From positions 1-64,000 of IMG/VR virus record IMGVR_UViG_3300037294_000266: 64,000 nucleotides of DNA, one strand, 5' to 3'. Of this stretch, positions 47,029 through 55,518 are shown piece by piece (within the stretch, counting starts at the first letter, position 1; the number at the start of each line of letters is the position of its first letter). The notes under the pieces are model-generated. The model saw only the letters and a program-made list of their open reading frames with translations, did no database searches and was not told the DNA's origin. Made by a program: the position numbers and the translations under genes.

Positions 47029-49011
47029 CTAGATAGGTTCAATACGGGTGATTGCATTCGGGTTGACTAATCTGATCCCGTCTTCAAAGAAGCCGAGTTC
47101 CTTTGCCGTCTTAACCTTGTCAGGACCTGCGCCATAACCTACGAACACAAAGTCGGTTTTCTTACTGATGCTCTTTGTTAACTTACCGCCGCGAGCGACG
47201 ACATCGTTTTCCATTTCACTACGAGTCTTGCCATCGAAGTTACTTCCAGTGACCACGACAGTCTTTCCAATGAGATCTTGGATTTCTGCCTTAGGTACCT
47301 TAGGTGCAGTGTACGTCAGGATCTTATCAAGTGCTATCAGATCATGCATCATCCCTAAGCTCGCCCCATTTAGGTTAGCAGCAACCTTAGGACCTACGTC
47401 TGGGATTAACTGGAGCTCTAATGGATCAGCCGACAGCAGTTCACTGAAGTTGTGATACTTGACAGACAGCGCCTTTGCTGTACTGTCCCCAATCTCAGAG
47501 ATTCCCACCGCCCTCAACACTTTATAGAAAGGTTGTGACTTGGAACGCAAGATGCTGGCTTGGATCTTGTCAGTCATTGTTTCACCAAGACCCGCACCCA
47601 AGAAGTCTTCTTCAGACAAATGGAATAGCGAGCTAAAGGATCCCAATGAACCGATGTTGATCAATGCCTCTACCGCGGCAGGACCAAGGTTCTTCACATC
47701 GATACCATCACGACTTACAAAGTAAGCCATACGGTTGACGATTTGTGCAGGACACGTTGTCGAGTTGCTGCAATATAGTTCAATGCCTTCATCATCACGT
47801 TTCGAGACGGGCGAACCACAACACGGACATTCGGTAGGCGTCGATATGACGCCGTGGTCGTCCATTCTAAGCGACAGTACCACAGATTCAATCTTAGGTA
47901 TTACGTCGCCTCGACGTGACACCACTACCGTATCCAGAATACGCAGGCCGAGTCGCTCTATTTCTTCGAAGTTGTGTAACGTGACACTGCTAATGGTCAC
48001 GCCGCACAGCTTAACAGGCTTGATCTTAGCCACTGGCGTCAGGACGCCCGTACGGCCCACCTGTACCTCGATCGACTCGAGGACTGACGTTGTTGTCTGT
48101 GCTTCGAACTTGTACGCTACAGCCCACCGTGGAGACGTAGAACGGTTACCTAGCTTAGCGCGTACCTTGGGATCGATGATCTTGAGTACCATGCCGTCAA
48201 TATCGTAGTCCAGTTCATGCCGCCGTCTTTCAATATCGGCAATAGTGTCCATGATTTTGTCGTTAGAGCTGAGTAGCCCCTTCCACAGACTTTCGACCGT
48301 GTAGATCTGATCTAAGATTCCTTCACCCAGATGTTCAAGAGGCATCGACTCGGTCTTGCCGTTACGGTGCACAATTACATCGTAAGCAATGAAACGAATC
48401 CCCATACCCTGAAGACTTTCGCCTTCCTTACGGCGCATGAGACCGGCTACCATGTTACGAGGGTTGGCGTAGACCTTCTTACCCGCTGCCAGCCGGCGCT
48501 CACACGCCTTCTCAAAGAAGTGGTGAGGGACGATGCATTCGCCACGGATCTCTACCTTACCTTTGTAACTGATCTCGCTTGGAACCCCTTCAAAGTAAAC
48601 AGCATTGTCGGTGATATCATCACCGATTTCACCATCACCTCGAGTCAGACCTGTTTTGAGCTTGCCTTTGTCGTAAAGGAGATCAAGACTGCCGCCGTCT
48701 AACTTATATTCGAGAGACGCATAAGGCGCCATGCCAATGCTAGTGATCCAATCGAGGAGTTCTTCCTCGTTGTAAACGTTCATCAGACTGAGCATGGGTG
48801 ACAGATGACTTACTTTCGAGAATCCGCCATCAGAAGCAGCACCAACCATGTTAAGTGGGGATAGCGGATCGTCAGTTTCCCCCTCCAACTCTTTAAGCTG
48901 GCGTTTAAGGGAATCGAACACTTCATCAGTAACGTCTGATTCGCCCTGATTGAAATACAGATCGCTCAGACGTTTGATCTCTGCCCTTAAGGCGATGATG
49001 CGGTTGTTCAT
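47029..49011 (-). CDS. ligA: NAD-dependent DNA ligase
   Basis: PMLSL, EYKLDG, TRGDG, NPRN, PRWAVAYKF, QVGRTG, Zn finger CPCC, BRCT; start moved to MNNRII. Confidence 0.97.
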   Translation of the reverse strand: MNNRIIALRAEIKRLSDLYFNQGESDVTDEVFDSLKRQLKELEGETDDPLSPLNMVGAASDGGFSKVSHLSPMLSLMNVYNEEELLDWITSIGMAPYASLEYKLDGGSLDLLYDKGKLKTGLTRGDGEIGDDITDNAVYFEGVPSEISYKGKVEIRGECIVPHHFFEKACERRLAAGKKVYANPRNMVAGLMRRKEGESLQGMGIRFIAYDVIVHRNGKTESMPLEHLGEGILDQIYTVESLWKGLLSSNDKIMDTIADIERRRHELDYDIDGMVLKIIDPKVRAKLGNRSTSPRWAVAYKFEAQTTTSVLESIEVQVGRTGVLTPVAKIKPVKLCGVTISSVTLHNFEEIERLGLRILDTVVVSRRGDVIPKIESVVLSLRMDDHGVISTPTECPCCGSPVSKRDDEGIELYCSNSTTCPAQIVNRMAYFVSRDGIDVKNLGPAAVEALINIGSLGSFSSLFHLSEEDFLGAGLGETMTDKIQASILRSKSQPFYKVLRAVGISEIGDSTAKALSVKYHNFSELLSADPLELQLIPDVGPKVAANLNGASLGMMHDLIALDKILTYTAPKVPKAEIQDLIGKTVVVTGSNFDGKTRSEMENDVVARGGKLTKSISKKTDFVFVGYGAGPDKVKTAKELGFFEDGIRLVNPNAITRIEPI

Positions 49012-49058
49012 GGATTGCCCCTGTCGAGCAAAAGAAAGATTCGGGTAACCGCCCACCC

Positions 49059-49532
49059 TCACTCGAGAGGATCGGTTCTCACTTTAACAATGTTTACCAA
49101 AGTACGGCCTAGCGAAGCATCTAATGGATCAATGTCTTTAAGGTGTACCGTCAGGCGAAACGGCTTTAGAGCCGAGTGATTAAGGAGATGACCGCCAACG
49201 TACTGGACTCTCCCATGCAATACCCACAGTTCGTTTACTTTTACGAACCCGTGTACAGAAACATGCCCGATCTTCTTTGGTTTCAAGTGAGCATAAATGT
49301 CAGAAATGGTCGCAGACCGATCCTGAGTACTTGGGAGCCAAGGGTGTTCGGCTAAACGCCGTTTTGGCCAACCGGTCATGATCGGAAGAGGGTCTTCTTT
49401 TAAGCACTCCCAGAGTTGCTCTTCAGTGAAACCTTCAGAGCCATCAATCTGAAGTTCTACTTCGGAGTCATGTGCTTGAAAGCGACTCCCTACATTCAAA
49501 TCGTCATCAAGTAACGCTATAGACTGCTGCAT
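49059..49532 (-). CDS. hypothetical protein
   Basis: 157 aa in operon. Confidence 0.6.
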   Translation of the reverse strand: MQQSIALLDDDLNVGSRFQAHDSEVELQIDGSEGFTEEQLWECLKEDPLPIMTGWPKRRLAEHPWLPSTQDRSATISDIYAHLKPKKIGHVSVHGFVKVNELWVLHGRVQYVGGHLLNHSALKPFRLTVHLKDIDPLDASLGRTLVNIVKVRTDPLE

Positions 49533-49543
49533 GACACTTCCTT

Positions 49544-50026
49544 TTATTTGACGACAGTCAATGTCGGTCGTTTTGCTGGAGGTTCGGGTGGCTGTGGCGG
49601 TATCTCACCAGCCACAGCGCCAGCCGCACTGTAAGGACGTAGAACAAGCGATCCACATAAAGGCGACATGATGATGGTGGTTGGATCCAAAAGCATCATG
49701 TCATCGCCTGCTGGGCCGATACCGACTATGTCACCCAGTAAGATTCGAATAGTGAATGGCTGGCCTTTAAAGCGCGCTTCAAACAGCAGGTGATTGTTAT
49801 CACGTCGCTGATTGACTGCTGCCATTGAATTGACGTTGAAAATGACAAAACCTGACACACTACCCAAGTCATCTGCACTAATGACATGGTCGATCATTTG
49901 TGGATTGTCCTGTAACAACTGCTCAGTGGCAAGAACATAGAGGAATACCTTGACCTCCAGACTTTCAAAATAGGCCCGATACCCTAAATACTGGATCATG
50001 CAGAGTTCGTTAATATCGATCTTCAT
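49544..50026 (-). CDS. sspB: SspB-like ClpXP adaptor
   Basis: YLGYRAYF, VIFNV..MA, FEARFKG.P..I, C-terminal KRPTLTVVK (E. coli SspB ends RPALRVVK). Confidence 0.75.
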   Translation of the reverse strand: MKIDINELCMIQYLGYRAYFESLEVKVFLYVLATEQLLQDNPQMIDHVISADDLGSVSGFVIFNVNSMAAVNQRRDNNHLLFEARFKGQPFTIRILLGDIVGIGPAGDDMMLLDPTTIIMSPLCGSLVLRPYSAAGAVAGEIPPQPPEPPAKRPTLTVVK

Positions 50027-50373
50027 CGAGCATCCCTCGGATTAAGACATAGGTATTCAGGATACGCATCCTTCACCAACCTGACGAGAATAGCCTTACG
50101 CTCTTTCTTGACAGTGCACGGGAATTCAAACACCCTGATATCGTGATCTTTCGAATACAGTCCGTTGAGAAGTTTATTCGAATGCCGCCCAATTGACAAC
50201 TGGTTAAGCTGAGCATCGACTTCTTTACTGACGTGCTCATTCTGCCCTAAGAAGAACCGACCAGTTGCTACGTGTTCTAATACGTAACAGCCTTGGTCAG
50301 TTATCTTACTGCGTTTGCTTCTACCTGAGGACGAGTGTAGCCAGTTGATGGCAGTGCCCTGGGTTTCAGCCAT
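50023..50373 (-). CDS. degenerate GIY-YIG domain protein
   Basis: GCY...FFLG, GRHSNKLL, LN; catalytic Arg not evident. Confidence 0.6.
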   Translation of the reverse strand: MAETQGTAINWLHSSSGRSKRSKITDQGCYVLEHVATGRFFLGQNEHVSKEVDAQLNQLSIGRHSNKLLNGLYSKDHDIRVFEFPCTVKKERKAILVRLVKDAYPEYLCLNPRDAR

Positions 50374-50378
50374 TGTAT

Positions 50379-50693
50379 TTAATCCGTAGGAAGGAGTACT
50401 GTGGATATCACGGGAGTGAACGTGACTTTCATTTTCACCACGGCGATAGTACGCTGACCTGGAAAGTCTTCGATTGCTTCAATGCCCCGCGCTGGACGAT
50501 AGACATCCCGGCAGATAGCCACCAAAGCTTTCAGTGCCGCTTCAGCAGTACGGGTGTCTTGGAACGTCAGTGCTTCTTCGAGGAACACCGTGTAGCCAAT
50601 AGAGGCTTCACCAACATGCTTGATGTAACTTGTCTTACAGTTTGTTTCTTCGATCTTTACAACGATCTTTTCACCAACATCTGCAATTCCCAT
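50379..50693 (-). CDS. hypothetical protein
   Basis: 104 aa, GGGAG RBS. Confidence 0.6.
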   Translation of the reverse strand: MGIADVGEKIVVKIEETNCKTSYIKHVGEASIGYTVFLEEALTFQDTRTAEAALKALVAICRDVYRPARGIEAIEDFPGQRTIAVVKMKVTFTPVISTVLLPTD

Positions 50694-50723
50694 AACACTC
50701 CCCTCGGTGATGTCGCCGTATAT

Positions 50724-51284
50724 TTATCGGCAGAATGAATCGTAGCCTACATAGGCCGCTTTCTTTTGTGTGGTAAACACATAGGACATAGCTGGCTTCA
50801 GGATCTGAATACCTTGTTCGCCAGTATCGACATAGAGCGAATACCAACTATCCTTACTAAGACCCACTACAGTGATGGCAGAACCATTCACATCAATTTG
50901 CGTCTGTTCATCGACCTTGGATGTATCTCGGAACTGGAAACCAAGAATTGAGTGTTGCATGTACGAGTATGACCGCCGGCCTGTGATAGTGATGCCAGTC
51001 TTTTCATCTTCGTATTTACACGGACGATAATCTACATAGCGCACACCCGATGTGGTGTATTCGTTATAACCATAATAGCCCAAGCCACCAACAGCCCCAA
51101 ATAGAACTAGTGTGATGAGCAGATACGTGCGCACCATTACTTTCTTAAGCTGCGCAGCACGAGCGTTCATGCGATCTCGTGCGATACTTCCTGGATCTCG
51201 TCGAATCCCAGAAGCCAGTCGGCTGAGGTCTGCAGCATTAACTTCATCATTGTTTTTATCTTGGATAACTAGTGCTTCACTCAT
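50724..51284 (-). CDS. early single-pass membrane protein
   Basis: TM YLLITLVLFGAVGGLGYYGY; follows promoter 51328. Confidence 0.7.
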   Translation of the reverse strand: MSEALVIQDKNNDEVNAADLSRLASGIRRDPGSIARDRMNARAAQLKKVMVRTYLLITLVLFGAVGGLGYYGYNEYTTSGVRYVDYRPCKYEDEKTGITITGRRSYSYMQHSILGFQFRDTSKVDEQTQIDVNGSAITVVGLSKDSWYSLYVDTGEQGIQILKPAMSYVFTTQKKAAYVGYDSFCR

Positions 51285-51327
51285 TTGTAAATCCCCATTA
51301 GTGGTGAACGTTGTATGTATCCAGGTG

Positions 51328-51356
51328 TATAATGTATCGCTCTAATTTTTTTAATT
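51328..51356 (-). promoter_or_regulatory. putative early promoter (weaker upstream box)
   Basis: GCGATACATTATA core with A-rich upstream region. Confidence 0.5.
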
Positions 51357-51415
51357 AAGGGAAATAAAAAATGGTCATACCGCATAGAGAGCCAGGCAGT
51401 TGCCTGGCTCTCTAT

Positions 51416-51847
51416 TTAACGAGTGTAGCCAATTTCAACATGAGGGTCTTCTTTATCAGGGTCTTGTAGAAACCCTATCAATGTAGGTTTCACCTCGGTG
51501 ACAGTAGGTTTCACTGTTTTATGACCGAGGATACGTTTCAACCAATCAAGATTAAACCCACTTGCTTCACGCACACCGCCATGAGATATCACACAGCGCT
51601 TCAACTTGAAGATGGATGCAAATTCTTCCATGTGTCGCTTATAGGACATGACCGTATAGAACACTGTATCTGGGTCGAGGATATAAATTGATTCGAGTGA
51701 CTTAAGCACGCTGGGTTCTCCGATGTCGAGTATCTTACAGATAGCTTCGACTTCTTCGTACGAGTCTGCAATGATTAAGTTGATGCCACTAGATGCTCCA
51801 TTCATGATAAACCTCATTGGTTGGTTATGGTTGTTCGCCATTATCAT
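51416..51847 (-). CDS. hypothetical protein
   Basis: 143-aa ORF. Confidence 0.55.
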   Translation of the reverse strand: MIMANNHNQPMRFIMNGASSGINLIIADSYEEVEAICKILDIGEPSVLKSLESIYILDPDTVFYTVMSYKRHMEEFASIFKLKRCVISHGGVREASGFNLDWLKRILGHKTVKPTVTEVKPTLIGFLQDPDKEDPHVEIGYTR

Positions 51848-51869
51848 GTATGATTGAAAACAATTCGAG

Positions 51870-52265
51870 TTAGGTGCCGATCACTTTGATCATCACAGTG
51901 ACAACACCTGCACTGATCATAGTTTCACCCTTACCAACCCTAGTGTCTCCTTGAACAACCTTCCCTCTGCACGACGTGAGTGACACTGCATTAAGTGATG
52001 TGAACACTTGATCGCTAAATGAAGACGTGTCGAATATAGCTTGTGGATCGACGTGTAGGATTTCAGTAAATCCAGAGCCCGCGTAATTAAACGAGAACGA
52101 GCCATTTACTGACATGGTGACCCCATACCACTCCTTGACTTGCTTGGTCACGTCCTTGCCATCTTTGCCAATCACTTTTCTAGCATCCAGCACTGTCTGT
52201 TTGGCGACCGCTTTAGACAGTTTGGCAATACTCCCTAATAGGGATGAAAAGTTCTTGTTGCTCAT
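51870..52265 (-). CDS. hypothetical protein
   Basis: 131 aa, AGGA RBS. Confidence 0.6.
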   Translation of the reverse strand: MSNKNFSSLLGSIAKLSKAVAKQTVLDARKVIGKDGKDVTKQVKEWYGVTMSVNGSFSFNYAGSGFTEILHVDPQAIFDTSSFSDQVFTSLNAVSLTSCRGKVVQGDTRVGKGETMISAGVVTVMIKVIGT

Positions 52266-52289
52266 GATTCATCCTACATTAGTAATTTC

Positions 52290-52438
52290 GGCAAATAAGA
52301 CCTGTGTGGCTTTCACCACACAGGTCTCGAGTACAGGCGCCGTTGGCTGCGCAGCATCGTCTCACGACGTTACCATCGCGCTGCCGGGTTAGAACTATGC
52401 TGGATCACCCCCTTACTCGACAGTTATACTGCCCGTAC
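52290..52438 (-). ncRNA. candidate ~150-nt structured small RNA
   Basis: TATG at 52438-52441; TCGAGTA/TACTCGA closing stem with internal hairpins (CGUC-GUGA-GACG); 12-bp terminal hairpin. Confidence 0.45.
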
Positions 52439-52449
52439 ATATAATTAGA

Positions 52450-52968
52450 TTAAAACCTAAATGTCCGCTGTACCTCATCTTGAGGTAAGTCAACATAGCA
52501 GCGATACCATACGCGAGTAGCGTTGTATTCTGGCTGCCAGATGACCGAATGAAAATGTAGGACATATTCTCCAAAACTACCTAGCATTGGAAAGGGCAGC
52601 CCTGCATAATTACCAACGAATACAAACGTGAACCATCGCCAAGGACCTCCGGGACCGTTCCCAGCGCTGTAATCATTAGAACCATATTCCACATTAGCTA
52701 TATTTACATATGGGTTATATAGATTCAATGAAGCAGGCGTGAGACTTCCAGGCGGGTTGTATGAGGGGACATATCCTAGTCTAGGTCCGTATACATAGTT
52801 CCAGGCAAGTTTAGCAACTGCATCTATAAGAACAGGAGATGTAGGTTCTGCCACTGAATACCAAGTCCCTGCTACGTTTAAAAATGCTCGTTGGGCGTTT
52901 CTCCAAGTCCCTGCTACGTTGACACTAGGTAGTACAATTTTCCATGTGTTCGATACATTGACTTTCAT
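52450..52968 (-). CDS. fibre-tip adhesin with Trp-repeat N-terminus
   Basis: NVSNTWK/NVAGTWR/NVAGTWY triple repeat. Confidence 0.65.
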   Translation of the reverse strand: MKVNVSNTWKIVLPSVNVAGTWRNAQRAFLNVAGTWYSVAEPTSPVLIDAVAKLAWNYVYGPRLGYVPSYNPPGSLTPASLNLYNPYVNIANVEYGSNDYSAGNGPGGPWRWFTFVFVGNYAGLPFPMLGSFGEYVLHFHSVIWQPEYNATRVWYRCYVDLPQDEVQRTFRF

Positions 52969-52996
52969 TATCGAAATTCCTTCACGAACACTGAAC

Positions 52997-53584
52997 TCAC
53001 TCAGACTGAGTGAAACTCCATGTGATTTCTTCGACTGCTTCGATGGATGCGGTTACATTAGCTGCAACATAAAGAGCCTGCTCAGTCGCGTGACGAATGG
53101 CAGTCAGACGGGAGATCTCAGGACTGTATATTTCATTATTAGACAGTACTCGATCAACCAGATCTTCCAGACCACTCCCAACATTATTAATGTCTCGCTG
53201 GGATGTCAGATCGTTAAGGAAAGGGGTCATTGGTGCATCGCTGATCCGCCCCGCCTTACGCCATGCGTCGTATTCTTGCGATTCTTTTATCTGCACTGGC
53301 CAGGTGGTGGTTTCAGCGAACGGATACGTCCCACGAAGATTGGCGACATGCACTTCGTATTCTGCATTGCATTCGTTCAGACGGTTGGCCATCAGTTGCA
53401 ATGGTGTCAACGCTGCTGGAGGTGATTGTACAATGCCAATTGGTAGATTGTTTTCGCCAATGGCAATGCTGCCTCCGTTGCTGACAATCTCCATTACTTC
53501 ATTGTGCAATTCGTCCGTAACTTCCAAACAGTCCCCTGTCGCATCCGAACTGTAAAAGTGTTTGGTACTTGGTGAAAATAACAT
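52997..53584 (-). CDS. tail fibre assembly protein
   Basis: MLFSPSTKHFY, YPFAETTTWPVQ, TWSF. Confidence 0.75.
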   Translation of the reverse strand: MLFSPSTKHFYSSDATGDCLEVTDELHNEVMEIVSNGGSIAIGENNLPIGIVQSPPAALTPLQLMANRLNECNAEYEVHVANLRGTYPFAETTTWPVQIKESQEYDAWRKAGRISDAPMTPFLNDLTSQRDINNVGSGLEDLVDRVLSNNEIYSPEISRLTAIRHATEQALYVAANVTASIEAVEEITWSFTQSE

Positions 53585-53594
53585 AACGCCACCT

Positions 53595-54086
53595 TTAGAA
53601 TTTTAATGTATGAGTGCCGGAGTTAGGCAACTGTACTGAGAAACCGAGTATGATTTCTGTCAGGTTATACAGAGCAATGTAGTTGACAGAAATTACTTGT
53701 ACACTTCTATATCCTGCAAATTCAGCTGCAGGAATGTCAACGCCACTGACATTACCGGGAATGGCAAGCTGCAACCATCTAAGTGGTCCGTAACTACCTC
53801 TGGAATCAGCGGCTACCTGACAGAGCTGGAGAAGGGTCCCGTCTTTCAATGTAGTCGGACTAGCGCTACCATAGTTACTCCGACTGTACCCCCAATTGTC
53901 GACTCCGCCGAAGTTAACATACCCCATGGTGATACTACCCTCATAGAGCGCATCATACGCTCTATGAACACGTCTCCATACACCACCGCTGTTAACGTAA
54001 ACATACCTGCATCTACGCCACAATGAACTAACACTGACGTAAACCTCTGTCATGGTACGCCATACTGAACTTATTCTTGCTAACAT
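53595..54086 (-). CDS. fibre-tip adhesin with Trp-repeat N-terminus
   Basis: ISSVWR/VSSLWR/NSGGVWR triple repeat; paralog of 52450. Confidence 0.65.
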   Translation of the reverse strand: MLARISSVWRTMTEVYVSVSSLWRRCRYVYVNSGGVWRRVHRAYDALYEGSITMGYVNFGGVDNWGYSRSNYGSASPTTLKDGTLLQLCQVAADSRGSYGPLRWLQLAIPGNVSGVDIPAAEFAGYRSVQVISVNYIALYNLTEIILGFSVQLPNSGTHTLKF

Positions 54087-54098
54087 GATACCTGTACC

Positions 54099-54791
54099 TC
54101 AATACTGGAACCAGACGTCGCCGTCAACACCGCCAGATGGACCGGCTGTACTAATGGTGACATTTCGTGACCCCATGTTGTAGTTACCGCCGGTACCGCC
54201 CCGCGCAGTCGGAATTACGCCACTGGTCAGTTTACTTGTATCGAGCGCTGGGATGTCACTGGCTGCCAGTGCTGCGCCGCCTGTAACACGCCCTTTAGCA
54301 TCTACAGTGACCTTAGGGTAAACTCCCGCTGTGACACCAGAGTTAGCTAATGTGAAGCCAGCAGATACGTTTGCACTACCATCTAGACTGACCGTCCACG
54401 AGCCATCGCCAGTGATACTGACAGAACGTGCGGTAGCTAATTTAGTAGCTGTTGCGGCATTGCCTGTGGTACTTTGGTTCAAGGTAGGTACGTCAGCAGC
54501 TAGCAATGTTCGACCGGCCGTGGCACGGCCTTTAGAATCGACTGTCAACACTGCATAACTGCCCGCAGCAATACCAGAGGCTGCTAGAGTAACTCCCAAG
54601 TTCAACGTAGTAGAACCGTCAGTTGAGCCGCTGGCAGAAGCATCGCCAGTGAGCTGCACTCCAAACGCAGTTGTTAATCGATTGGCAGTTTCAACAGGAG
54701 TACCGACATCCATTTTGGACTCAAGTGTCTCCATGACAGTGAGGATCCATCGATTGAATGCTTGGATCATCGGAGATGATGGGAGTGGCAT
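54099..54791 (-). CDS. short tail fibre
   Basis: GxYxxxTVDxKGR repeats, TTGNAATATKLAT, C-terminal ISTAGPSGGVDGDVWFQY. Confidence 0.8.
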   Translation of the reverse strand: MPLPSSPMIQAFNRWILTVMETLESKMDVGTPVETANRLTTAFGVQLTGDASASGSTDGSTTLNLGVTLAASGIAAGSYAVLTVDSKGRATAGRTLLAADVPTLNQSTTGNAATATKLATARSVSITGDGSWTVSLDGSANVSAGFTLANSGVTAGVYPKVTVDAKGRVTGGAALAASDIPALDTSKLTSGVIPTARGGTGGNYNMGSRNVTISTAGPSGGVDGDVWFQY

Positions 54792-54875
54792 GAGGTATAC
54801 CTCTAATTAAACAAAAAAGAAAGGATCGTCATAGGATAGAACAAAAAAGAAAAGGATAGACTAGTCTCCTTTTCT

Positions 54876-55085
54876 TTATGCATTGAAGCGATAGACAGAC
54901 TTCTGAACAGCAAAAGTCATGTTATTCCACAGTTCAATATGAATACCAGCATCGCTGATAGCAATGTCCAAGATGACCTGAGCAGACAGTTTCTTAGCGA
55001 TGATGATGGCAGTCAGTTTATCAACGCCTGCTTTGATAAGAGCAGTTACGTTTTCCAACATACGAGTTTGTTTGATAGTGTACAT
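54876..55085 (-). CDS. small early protein
   Basis: AGGAG RBS, 69 aa. Confidence 0.65.
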   Translation of the reverse strand: MYTIKQTRMLENVTALIKAGVDKLTAIIIAKKLSAQVILDIAISDAGIHIELWNNMTFAVQKSVYRFNA

Positions 55086-55147
55086 GATGAATCTCCTTTA
55101 AGCGCATAAAAGAGAGAGTGGAAATCCACTCTCTCTAGATTTAGATG

Positions 55148-55258
55148 TTACTTGGTAGCTAGAGCATCCTCTAGCAACTTACTTTGCTTTACAATGACCT
55201 GATGGCCCATGTATGCAATGATACCGCCGATAGTAAAACCGATGATAAATTTAGTCAT
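55148..55258 (-). CDS. 36-aa membrane peptide (not in ORF track)
   Basis: MTKFIIGFTIGGIIAYMGHQVIVKQSKLLEDALATK*; AGGAG RBS. Confidence 0.7.
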   Translation of the reverse strand: MTKFIIGFTIGGIIAYMGHQVIVKQSKLLEDALATK

Positions 55259-55269
55259 GTCAATACTCC

Positions 55270-55389
55270 TTATTCTGAAATAGTTTTGCTTACAGCAGCC
55301 AGTGCATCATGAATAGCCTTGTTACGAGACTGTTCAGTGATACCCACGACAACCCAGTAGCCAACAATAATACCTAGAAATACTTTCAT
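55270..55389 (-). CDS. 39-aa membrane peptide (not in ORF track)
   Basis: MKVFLGIIVGYWVVVGITEQSRNKAIHDALAAVSKTISE*; AGGAG RBS; first gene after promoter 55441. Confidence 0.7.
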   Translation of the reverse strand: MKVFLGIIVGYWVVVGITEQSRNKAIHDALAAVSKTISE

Positions 55390-55440
55390 ACTGATCTCCT
55401 AGACCACGGTTAGAGGAAGATCGTTCTTCCTATTCACCTG

Positions 55441-55470
55441 TACTATGTATTGTTGAAATAAATTCGAATC
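55441..55470 (-). promoter_or_regulatory. putative early promoter
   Basis: TTCGAA-N13-TACATA. Confidence 0.7.
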
Positions 55471-55518
55471 GCATTTCTAGAATTCTATGGGGTTGGTGTT
55501 TAATCGAGAGGATTCAAA

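Noticed and set aside
52359-52371. 13-nt match (AACGTCGTGAGAC, minus strand) to the 23S rRNA H93 region
   Set aside because: Several 13-nt matches between this window and an rRNA are expected by chance.
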